Positions 1 to 11,420 of a DNA stretch of 64,000 bases are shown in pieces. Source of the stretch: Octopus vulgaris (Eukaryota). Both the position numbers and the translations under genes were made by a program. Every line of letters begins with the position of its first letter. The stretch's first letter is position 1. The notes beneath the pieces are model-generated. The model was not told the origin of the DNA and made no database searches. It saw nothing but the letters and a program-made list of their open reading frames with translations. The stretch spans positions 65,658,001 to 65,722,000 of the forward strand of contig OX597815.1 in NCBI GenBank assembly GCA_951406725.2, read 5' to 3'.

Positions 1-77
1 GGTACTGAAATGTCTTTTATAAAATTATTTTAGTATTTTTTTCTTGACTTTTTTTTCCATGTTCCTTTTTAACCTTC

Positions 78-171
<94 letters not shown>

Positions 172-205
172 TGTAATGTATGTATGCATGTATGTATGTA
201 AAGTA

Positions 206-237
<32 letters not shown>

Positions 238-1901
238 CACGCACACACACATATGTACATAAATATGTTTGTGCGTATATACATATAAATGTATTTACTT
301 TTAATCAGCACTTATATGCATGCGTATGCCCACACACGCACGCATACATGCACACACACACACACACACTTCATCTATCCATTCACCTACCTAGCTATCT
401 ATCCGACTACCCTCTCTCTCCCGTTCCGTGTACCCGAATGCACCAGATGCATCCCTTCTGCCTGCTTTTTCCCAGTTGACATCTACTTACCCTCTCCATC
501 ACTTTCTCTCTTCCCCCGCCCCCCTCTCTCTGTTTCTCTCTCACCTTCTTTCACTCCCCACAAATCAACCCAGTTCCAATGTCAAAACACCCTCACAGCT
601 GTGTCTAAAAGTGCACGTGAACCGCTTTCTCCACTTAACACAAGCCGTTGTTTGAGAACGGTTCGAGCGGGGATGGCGGCGATGGAGGCGATGGCGGCGA
701 AGGTGGTGATGGCGGAGATGGTGAGGACGGTGGTGGTGATGGTGGTGGAGAGAGAAAGGCCATCTATTGTGCGGAGGCTTTTATGGAAAGTATTGTGCCA
801 AATAAGCATAATCTAACAGAAGGAAGAGGGGGAATGAGATACAAAGGGATAAATACAAAGGTAATGGGTGAAGGGTTAAGCAAAAGACTAAAAAAAAAAT
901 CAATAGTAAATTTTGAAACTGGTTACATATTTATTAACCAATCACAACAGGCGTACAGCTGCTAATTTATGTTAATTTATGCACACACGACCCGGCTGGA
1001 AATTCGTCGCTCAATCGTTGAGTTTTTTTCATTTTATATTATGTTGATAATAAGGTTAATGCGGATCTTCTATGTGAGCGAGTGCATGCGTGCATATGTG
1101 TTGTGTGTGCTGCGCGCGCGCGTATGCAATCGCGGGCAGGTGCTTTATTTGTGCCTCTGTGTGTAATGTATGCTTGTGTATGTATGTATGTATGTATGTA
1201 TGTATGTATGTATGTATGTATGTATGTATCTATATCTATGTATGTATGTGTGCGCGTATGCGCGAGAGCGTGTAGTTGTTTTATGCGTGCATCCGTGTGT
1301 ATCAGTGACTGTGTGTGTTCAAAAGTATGTGGACGGGCGAGTGCGTGTTCTCGTCTAACATTAGCGGAAATAAAATTAGGCAAGTGCATACATTCATCTC
1401 TCACACACACAAAGACATAAGCACACAAGAACACCTACATACTTGCATGCATACACGCACACACACATACACACACACACACAATGTAACAGGAATCGTG
1501 AGATCATTTTCATTTCTACTGTAAGTACATATGCACCCAGAGCTGAATTGCCGTGCAACGATTCACAGCTGGTTTTTTTATATTTGGTTGGCAAGGTTAT
1601 TGTTGTGAACTCATACGTAGAAACATATTTCGTTGTATCTCGGGAGGGTCGTTATGCTAATAATGAACACAGGCCTTCGTTCTATTTCAATTCTTTATTG
1701 TTATTCGTCGATCGGTTAAGTATTTAAACAATTTATTGCTTGTTTGATCAATCGATTAATCACTTGGTTAAATGGTTAACCGATTCACGAATAGCAATAA
1801 AGAAATGAAATAGAACCAAGAATGTGTTTATTATTGGCATAATGACCCTCCTGAGATACAACTAAAGTTTATAACTCCCCCGGGGCCATGTACATGCACA
1901 T

Positions 1902-2216
1902 CGAAACCTCCAGCTTCTATATCCAGACTATGAATTCCTATTCATACCACAAATAATTGGAACACTAGGTTTTGTTAGTAAATGCTTAAAGGAGAATCTG
2001 GATAAACTGGGATTTTCAGAAAGAGAAATCGACCGGCTAATTCGTACATTACAAGTGCAATCTAGGAGTGGAACAGTAAAAATATGCAAGACTTTTCTCA
2101 AGTTCCTAATGTGAATTTGTCTGTGTTAACTACATCCCAAAGATGGAGCCTCGTATCTTTGTTGGAAACCGGCTCCCTCCACAGTGGAAGATTTATTATA
2201 ATTAGAAAATAGAAGA
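1902..2216 (+). mobile_element. 3' end of RLE-type non-LTR retrotransposon (R4/Dong-like), copy 1
   Basis: Reads RNLQLLYPDYEFLFIPQIIGTLGFVSKCLKENLDKLGF...LQVQSRSGTVKICKTFLKFLM* (TGA 2112-2114), typical of the C-terminal restriction-like endonuclease. A short 3' UTR runs directly into (TACA)n at 2217. Confidence 0.8.
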
Positions 2217-2456
2217 TACATACATACAAACATACATGCATGCATGAATACATAGACTCACATATACACACACATATATGTATATATATGTGTGTGTGTG
2301 TGCGAGAGTGCGCGTGTGTTTGTGTATGTGAGTGTGTGTGTGAGTTTGTGTGTGAGTGTGTGTGCAGGTACACACAAATATATGTTTATATATGTATGTA
2401 TGTATAGATAGATAGATAGATACATACATACATACATACATACATACATACATACA

Positions 2457-2489
<33 letters not shown>

Positions 2490-3064
2490 GCATGCTAACA
2501 CATACATGTATTTATACATACATACATACGTACAGACAAACAAATAGACAGACAGACACATGTCTTGTATAAATTTATAGCAGTATTTTATTACAAGATG
2601 TATGCTCTTGAATGGCTTGAATTGTCACGGAAACCGCTCTCTTTTTTTGGAGGAAACAATTTTGTGAGGTGAAGTGGAGTAGTGCTTATGTTTATTGCAA
2701 CCGTCACAGTCTAGTGAGCGTGACTGAACTGATACGAGGCCTAAACCTGTGGAGCACCGTTGGGTAAACAGAATGCGCAAACCACACTGGCCTGTTACAT
2801 TATATGTGTATGATTGCTGTAGTCGAAGGTGCGTTATATTCAAGGAAGTAGGCGGCCAATTTGGCTACGATACAGGGTGGTCAAAACCCGTGCTACATCA
2901 CTGACTTGGTAAAATCTAGGCGAAGAAGGAACTGGGAGTCTGGTCCGAACTCTTACATCTCTGTGAATTCCACAAAAGGCACTCAAGATCAGGTGGTGGT
3001 GTTTAAACTGTGCGATATGTTCTAAAGGAAAACACAAATTTAACTAGATTCACATTACAAGTTC

Positions 3065-3370
3065 TTTGGGTGTGACCGAGCGGTATACACCACAATTCAG
3101 GGAAATAAGATAAACCCGAAGAGCTCGGGTTCAACTCCCATTAAAGTCAGTATTTCGAAAACAGCAGAAAAATACCTAGGAGTCATGACCTAAGTGGACC
3201 TGGCTCCCTTAACTTGTCAGAAACTAACGGGCCAAAACACTTTCTTGACGGGAGTTCTTTCTTTGTAGATTGGTCCTGCTAGTTGCTCGCCCCGTAGCGA
3301 GTTTTCACTTACTGATGGCCATCAAGGTTTGTTTATTTTGATGGCCATCAATAAGCGGAAACATTCTCCT
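3065..3370 (+). mobile_element. tRNA-derived SINE-like element with 3' hairpin
   Basis: A-box-like TGACCGAGCGG near 3073 and B-box-like GGGTTCAACTCCC near 3127. Long imperfect hairpin at about 3299-3368. Confidence 0.45.
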
Positions 3371-3389
3371 TATAGTTGTTTACTTGTAA

Positions 3390-3640
3390 TAAAGTATTGG
3401 GTGAGAATCGCTTATCTTTATTTTGATTGAGTTCTGTTTCAGATAAAGTTTCGTAGACGAATTCTGAGATGTCCATGATAGCTTGTATATTGACACCACA
3501 GGTTATTCACATAACATAATTGACATATTTTAAGCTACCAGCGACGGTACTTTTATATTTTGGCATCACTCGTTGCGCATATACACAGCTAAATCATCAA
3601 CAAACTGAATTTCTACTGCTATGATAGTTTCAATGCTAAA
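3390..3640 (+). pseudogene. Decayed Cys-loop receptor extracellular-domain fragment (candidate)
   Basis: Collinear motifs with stops and frameshifts: W-ENRLS, I(L/W)TPQV, TSDGTFIFW..LRIYTAK, and LNFYCYDS..QC resembling DLxFYPFDxQxC. Read by eye only. Confidence 0.4.
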
Positions 3641-3849
3641 CCCTTCACTGTTTGAGAGAAAGACATTGTACTTGTCCCATAAAAATTTTGTAATCCTCTG
3701 CGGAAGGTCGTATCTTAAATATCAACAAAATGTATCAGTTCAGAAAAAAAGACAGCGACAGGAATTTTAGAAAAAAAAACAAAAAACAAAAACAAAAACA
3801 AAAAAAACAAACACAATATTCTCATCAGAATTGTTTCTTTTTTTTTAAT

Positions 3850-4172
3850 TTTTTATTCGTTTTAGTCATTGGACTGCGATCATGCTGGGGCATCGCCTTG
3901 AAAGATTTTAGTTGAACGAATCTTCCCCGGTATTTTAAGCCTGATATTTATGTTATCGGTCACTTTGCCAAACCGCAAGTTTTGTTGACATAAACCAAAC
4001 CAACACAGGTTAAGCGGTGATAGGGCACGCAAGCCGAAAGACACACATACACACATGCGCACACATACCACGAGCCTCTTTCAGTCTCTATCAACCAAAT
4101 CCACTGATAAGGCTTTGGTCAACCCAGGGCTGTAGTAGAAGGTACCTGTCCAAGATGCTGAACAGGGGGACC
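3850..4172 (-). mobile_element. SINE family A (tRNA head, internal microsatellite, conserved tail), degenerate
   Basis: Reverse complement matches the copy at 40083-40473 (GACCAAAGCCTT..GTGGATTTGGTTGA; tail CCAGCATG..CGCAGTC..ATGACT). Confidence 0.7.
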
Positions 4173-4978
4173 AGCCGACAACTGTAATGGAATTCTCTAT
4201 ATTCCATGAAGAATTCTAAACATTTTCATGGAATATAGAGAATAGCAACTAGGAAATATCGGGCTTTAGTGATTAGGCATTCTGACATAGCAACCAACAC
4301 ATGGAATCTAAACTGAAATCTTTTAAAGTTTCCAAGAGAATTTAAATCAATCTGCAGCTACTAGTGATCGATAAAAGCACAACGTTACACATTCTTAAAT
4401 TTTGGTTTCCAAAACATGTTTCTGTAGAATTGGATTAATTTATTATTAGAATATAAAAATGACTAAGGACTGCACATAACATAAGTGTGTGATCTCGTGA
4501 ATGGTATTCTAAAATCGATTGATTGATATGTTTGATGTGTTCAATCAAAGCTGGCTAAAGATACCCAACAGTAACGACTAAAATGAATTCGATAACGCAG
4601 TATATGCGATTACGGTGCTGTATATAGACACACATACATACATACATACATACATACATACATACATACATACATACATACATACATACATACATACATA
4701 CATACATACATACATACGTGCGTATGTATGTGTATATATATCAATAAACACACACGCTGATACGCTTATATATCTGTATATTCAATGTATATAGTTTTGT
4801 ATGTATATATATATGTATATAAATACGCATTTGTGTATGCATGTTTATATCGATCTATGTCTCTCTCTATATATATTTCAGTATGTGGGTATGCATGCAA
4901 CTATGTATGTACACACTCACACACGCGCACGCACACACACACACACACACACACATACAGACACACACACACATACAG

Positions 4979-5031
<53 letters not shown>

Positions 5032-5812
5032 AACATTGTTGTGTGTTGAAAAAGGAACGTTGCATAGACTCACACTGGTTTCAAATTTTAGCACAAGGCC
5101 AGCTATTTGGGAGGATGGGGCTAAATCGATTAGATCGACCCCGAAAGGATGAAAGACAAATTTGAACTTAGAACGTAAAGACGGACGAAATGTTGCTAAG
5201 CATTTTCGTCTGGCGTGCTAACGATTCTGCCGTTTCACCGCATTAATATATGCTTTATATTAATATGGCAGAGACTAGCATTCCACAGTTTCATTATTCA
5301 AGTTCCATCCTAGCTCAAGGCAAACACCAGGGCTACTTGTTTTGCATCATTTTGACTCTATTTATAGGTCACGTGGTCTTTAGAGCTTGTCATGCTATTA
5401 TATTGCTTATGTGTCTTTCATAAAGAATCTGTTGCAATGACTACTAGACTTAGGTTAATATTCTTGGCGCTAACGTTAGTTTATTGCAGCGGCATTTTAT
5501 AACCTGCTTTGACTTCTGTTGAAGGATTCAGAGGTGGCATTTGTACAGAAAACAATCAAGAGCACGTAAACAAGAAAAGAAACCTAAACACACACATGCG
5601 CGCGCGCACACTAACACATACATGCACGCACACGCGCAGATTTGTGTATATTCAGACACAGACATGGCGAAGTGGTTCAGAAGCTCGCTTGGCAACCACG
5701 TAGTTTTGGATTCAATCCCACTGCGCATTACCACCAATGCCTTAAAGTGAATTTGGTCGACGGAAACTGCCTGGAAGCCCATCGCATATATGTATGTATA
5801 TTGGTTTGTTTA

Positions 5813-5857
<45 letters not shown>

Positions 5858-5980
5858 TCAACAATATTAAGGAATGGCCTTGATAGGCCATTCAACTCAC
5901 CAGAAAGAGCAGCCAAACTCAAACCGCTAAACAGTTGTAATTCAGAAACCAAAGGAAAATAAAAACATTTACCCTTATCA

Positions 5981-6078
5981 TCTTTGGACTATGCATAGTT
6001 TCGACATACATATTGGTAAACCAATTAAATTGAATTAAATTAAATCTATTTACCACTGGCCTGTCTCGTCAGCAAAGA
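5981..6078 (-). ncRNA. Type I hammerhead ribozyme (inverted copy)
   Basis: Reverse complement of 6388-6485 with all core nucleotides retained. Confidence 0.88.
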
Positions 6079-6387
6079 AGCCAGGGAAATATATATCCAC
6101 GAGGCGACAGCAGCGACGCCTCGAGTATATATATTCAAAATTTTCAAAATCTACCGTCACCGAGCCATTTCTTCTCACTAGACCTCTGGTGGCGAAAAAT
6201 TTTTTCTTGAATTTTTTGCTACCCTGATATTGATTAATTAATGATTTTTTGGCTAATTCTGAAATTAAATCAGCAGTTTATATTTGCTGCTGAGAAATTG
6301 CCTCGGTGACGGTAGATTTTGAAAATTTTGAATATATATACTCGAGGCGTCGCTGCTGTCGCCTCGTGGATATATATTTCCCTGGCT

Positions 6388-6485
6388 TCTTTGCTGACGA
6401 GACAGGCCAGTGGTAAATAGATTTAATTTAATTTAATTTAATTGGTTTACCAATATGTATGTCGAAACTATGCATAGTCCAAAGA
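6388..6485 (+). ncRNA. Type I hammerhead ribozyme
   Basis: Stem I TCTTTG/CAAAGA, core CTGACGA (6394-6400), stem II GACA/TGTC with a long insert, GAAA (6464-6467), palindromic stem III CTATGCATAG, GUC cleavage triplet. Confidence 0.9.
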
Positions 6486-7660
6486 TGATAAGGGTAAATG
6501 TTTTTATTTTCCTTTGGTTTCTGAATTACAACTGTTTAGCGGTTTGAGTTTGGCTGCTCTTTCTGGTGAGTTGAATGGCCTATCAAGGCCATTCCTTAAT
6601 ATTGTTGAATGTATATTATATAGTCTGTTGACTATTTTTTTCTTTCTCACTAGACCGCTGGTGGCGAAAAATTTTTTCTTGAATTTTTTGCTACCCTGAT
6701 ATTGATATATATATATATATGTTTGTTTACTTCCCTGTAACTAGCGGTTCGGCAAAAGACAGCGATACAATAAGTACCAGACTTTTTGTTTAAAAAAAAT
6801 AAGCATAAGTATTGCAGTCGATTTGTTCGACGAAAACTCTTCATAGTGGTGCTCAGGTATGGCCGCAGTCCAATGGCTGAAACAAATAAAAGTTTTAAAA
6901 TGGCAAAATTGAAATGTATTCTCAAAAGAATGTTTCCAGAAAAAGTTATTCATTTTTAGAACTCATGCTTCATGCCAGGCTATTTCTGGCTTGGTATTAA
7001 GAGGTACGCTGATAATGGTATTAAGAGGTACGTTGATAATGATTAACTATTCATTAACTATTTATCTATGGAATATTTACAGTAGAATAATATAGCTTAA
7101 TTTTGGCAAATAAATGCATGTTTATATATCCTCACTAAGTGGTATTTTGAGGTTAGAATAGTAAAACCAATAACAATAAATAATGGAAAATTATGAAAAA
7201 GACTGCTTATCTACGGAAACGTCTCACTCACGTGACGATACTTACTACATGCAAATGAACGAATAGTTGCATTTCTTACCAACAAACATTGAAAAATATA
7301 ACAGAAACTGTTTGGAGAGAATAAAAAGAGAACCCGTGAAATAAATTGTAATCAGCCTCAAACAGAAGTTAAAAGCTATCAGAGAGAAAACTCCGCAATG
7401 AAGTGAGAAGGAGGGAGGGAGAGGGGGGAGGAGGGGGGGGGAAAGGAGGGAAGGAGGAGTAAGAAAGATGAGAAGCAGAAAGTGACGTTGTCGCTGGGGA
7501 AGATGGGAAGTATACCCCAGACTTTTCTAATCTCATGAATATCATAAACATTTTTCACGCTCTGGCTATGAATCGATTGAATTACAATAAAAGGAATACA
7601 TACACACGCACACACAGAAATGTGTGCGTGCGTATGTGCATGTATGTATATATACGCATT

Positions 7661-7694
<34 letters not shown>

Positions 7695-7858
7695 GGCGCA
7701 GGCGTGACTGTGTGGTAAGAAGTTTGCTTCAATCTCACTTCGTGGTACCTAGGACAAGTGTCGTCTATTATAGCCTCGGGCTGACCAACATCTTGTGAAT
7801 GGATTTGGTAGACAGGAACTGAAAGAAGCTCGTCGTATATATATATATATATATACAT

Positions 7859-8118
7859 ATCACCGTGACCGACCAGGCATTGTTTTAGCCTTCAAATGAC
7901 GCCACCCCGCTGGCTAAGCGAGCAGGCCAACAGAAGAAAGAGTGAAAGAAAGTTGCGGCGAAAGAGTACAGCAGGGATCGCCATCATCCCCTGCCGGAGC
8001 ATCGTGAAGCTTTAGGTGTTTTCGCTCAATAAACACTCACAACGCCCGGAATGGGAATCGAAACCGCGATCCTATAACTGCGAGTCCGCAGCCCTAACCA
8101 CTGGGCCATTGCGCCTCC
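7859..8118 (-). mobile_element. tRNA-derived SINE family C
   Basis: Minus strand GGAGGCGCAATGGCCCAGTGGTTAGGGC...GGTTTCGATTCCC (A and B boxes). Matches 39350-39660 and 58133-58250. Confidence 0.85.
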
Positions 8119-8145
8119 ACACACACACATACATACATACATACA

Positions 8146-8181
<36 letters not shown>

Positions 8182-8669
8182 TCTATGCACACACATATAT
8201 ACACACATACTCACATACATTCATCGGACACACTGCCACCCAGACATACACACAGACACACTCACACATCCACACGCACACATACGTACGCGCACACTCG
8301 CAGGCTCGCGCACACACGCGTTTGCGCCGGTTCGCGCACGCATGCGCCCCGCATGCACCTCGCCCTTGGACCTGACGAGACCTCCCGCCCGTTCCTGGGA
8401 TGTCGCTTGTCGTTGGGTTTTCCCACGCCCGTCTCCGCGGGACCACTCTTCCATCTTCCCCTCCGCTGGAGTCCTTTTCCTAAACCCCCCCCTTTTTTTC
8501 GTTACACACACGCGCACACATATACACACATTGCTTAAACATATACATCACTCTTACACACATTCAATCTACTCGCCACTAATACTACCACGACACTGGA
8601 CACACACACACACTACTACTCAACACACGCTGGCACGCTACATACGCCCCCACCCCTTCCCCTCCCTCC

Positions 8670-9158
8670 CTTCCTCCTTCCTCCCTTTTCTCACTAGTGA
8701 CCTTTGTCTGCTATGCTGCTGCTATGCTGACCACCGTCTCGCCCTACCTCACACGCCTACACACAGACGCACACACTAACACATACATATATTTTTTGTT
8801 TTTTTACCTCGCCTCACACACACACATACACACACGCACACGCACACACTCACACATACACACACATCTGTTGCGTTACCAACCTTGTCTCCACTCTTTT
8901 GCCTTTAAAAACCCACTTTGCTCTTGTTATCGTAAACATCCGCCTTTCACCATGTGCTACTCCTAACACCAGCCGTTTTTTTCTCTATCTCCGTTGCCCG
9001 CTCCGGGATCTTTCTTTCCTCTCTCTTCCTTCTTTATGTTTCCGACGAAGAGCTCCGCTCGAAACGTCATACCTCCCTGCTTCCATTTCCTGAGCGCCTA
9101 TTAATAATAATACTGTAATTGTTCCCTTGTTGTTGTTTTTTTGTTTCCCGTTTGGATT

Positions 9159-9166
<8 letters not shown>
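8670..9166 (+). mobile_element. PLE-like pLTR relic with minimal HHR-like motif
   Basis: Near-identical to the reverse complement of 34187-34687. Contains CCGACGA-A-GAGC-TCC-GCTC-GAAA-CG-TC at 9042-9068 and ends in (TA)n. Confidence 0.7.
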
Positions 9167-9235
<69 letters not shown>

Positions 9236-9844
9236 CGTGTGACAACCGATGTTGGCGTGTTTACGCCTCCGTACACTAGCAGTCCGGTAAAAGAGACCGA
9301 TAGAATAAGAACTAGACTTACAAAGTCCTGGGGTCGATTTCTTCCACTAAAATGACCCTTTAATGCGGTGCTCCAGCATGGTCCCAGTCAAATGACTGAA
9401 ACAAGTAAAAGAATAAAAGAAATTAAGAATAATATTGTTATTGTTGTTACGTTTGTAGGTAGTAAAATACGACCAAACTGAAGGCCTACTGAAGTGGCCT
9501 GCAGCTTCGATTTTCGACATACGCCGCCACAAAATGTAAGCCTCATCTTCTACTGAACTTCTTTCACTTCCAAAAGGATGAATACGAAAAAAAAAAAAAA
9601 AGTCGCTAATAAGACAGTAGCGCCTTCTACCGCAGAATCAATCAGTTATCACGTGTTTTAAATCTAACATGTCTCTCTATACAATAAATTGGACTGGGAT
9701 GGAATTGGTTAGGATATTTCTCTTCCTGTCAATACTTTTCTTTGATAGCAGATTCATAATGGCTCCCTGTATTCTTCACATATCCACCATAAATGTACAA
9801 ACAGCATTGTAAGCCACAGACACATATATGTGTACATACATACA

Positions 9845-9876
<32 letters not shown>

Positions 9877-10280
9877 CACATATATACACACACACATTCA
9901 CATTCACGTAAAATATAAATTCGTTCATTCGAAGTTGATGATTCACGCCGTCGCTTCTTCGAATTTCTCATTTGTATGCGTTCGTTCAAAGGATGAAGGA
10001 CACATAAACATCACACACACATACATACACACACACACACACACACATACACCCCCCCACACACACACACACCTATATGCATACATATGTACATACAAAA
10101 TTACATACGGACATACATAAGGATACACACTCACATATACACTCATATGCGCATGGGCAGGCATACAAAAGCACGCGTGCATGCACCCACACTCACACAT
10201 ACGCGCTCACACGCAGGCACAGATGCATACACACATACACAAGCATACACGTATACATATATCTACATCTATATAATGTA

Positions 10281-10363
<83 letters not shown>

Positions 10364-10755
10364 TGTATGTATGTATGTATGTATGTATGTATATATATAC
10401 AAACATACATAATTACATACAGACAGACAAGCAGGCAGGTAGACAGACAGAGGGAGTGAGTGAAAGAAAGAGAGGGAGAGAAAGGGAGAGAGAGGGGGAG
10501 AAAGAGAAAGAAAGAGAAGCGTTGGAGAGGGTATTGATGACAAGTTGGAGTAAAGAGGTGTTGGCGGACAGTACTAAATTCCTATTCCCAGTGAGAAAGA
10601 GAACGAACGATGCCAATGTCTTGGCAGAGATATGAAGAATTCAATGCAATCTCATTTACTTTGCCCTGTAAATCTGAGATAGATCAAACCCATGTAATAA
10701 ATCACATGTGAATTGCAACCATGCATTATTATTGTTGTTGTTGTCGTTTTTGTTG

Positions 10756-10814
<59 letters not shown>

Positions 10815-11083
10815 GATAATCACAATGATACATTTGTAATATGGAAGCGCTGCTACTTAGCCATTTACCAGTCTGAGAGTAGTCTCAGAGTATTGTTGAA
10901 GTTACACAACATAATATTACATTATCAGGGCTTTAGAAATAATATTTCTATCTAATAGAAAACAAAATGGTACCATTTTCCTCTGCTTGTGATAAATGGC
11001 TGGTGTCTTTCTTTCTGTCTATCTTCCCTTCTTAATTTCTCTATTTTTCTTTCCCCCCTTCTTTCTATCTATCTTTCTTCAAT

Positions 11084-11115
<32 letters not shown>

Positions 11116-11284
11116 TTTTTGCTTCTTTGATTCTATCTTTTCTTTTCTTTCTTCTCTTTTTATTGGTTGTTGTTTTTTACTTAGCGAATCCTGCCATGAC
11201 TATGTCATTTACTTCCTCTCTGCCTTCTCTGTGTTTTTCATCCTTTCTTACTATCTGTGTGTGTTCGTGCATGTGTGTGTGTGC

Positions 11285-11324
<40 letters not shown>

Positions 11325-11335
11325 ATATAATATAA

Positions 11336-11418
<83 letters not shown>

Positions 11419-11420
11419 TA

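Larger units (their letters stand above)
5851..6706. mobile_element. Non-coding Penelope-like pLTR insert with 314-bp inverted arms and partial tandem repeat
   Basis: 5851-6164 is the near-perfect reverse complement of 6302-6615. 6168-6234 is repeated directly at 6640-6706. (TA)n on both sides and an HHR in each arm. Confidence 0.85.
5664..6892 (+). mobile_element. SINE family A split by a nested insertion
   Basis: Head at about 5664-5790 and tail at about 6720-6892 match 40083-40473. The internal (TA)n tract holds the 5851-6706 insert. Confidence 0.75.
7694..9421 (+). mobile_element. SINE family A with nested inserts
   Basis: Head at 7694-7836 and tail at 9241-9421. A family C SINE and a PLE-like relic lie between them in microsatellite. 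Confidence 0.7.

Noticed and set aside
25-1600. Numerous YI/HT/VC/MYVC-rich ORFs here and across the window
   Set aside because: They are translations of TA, CA and TACA microsatellites, not genes.
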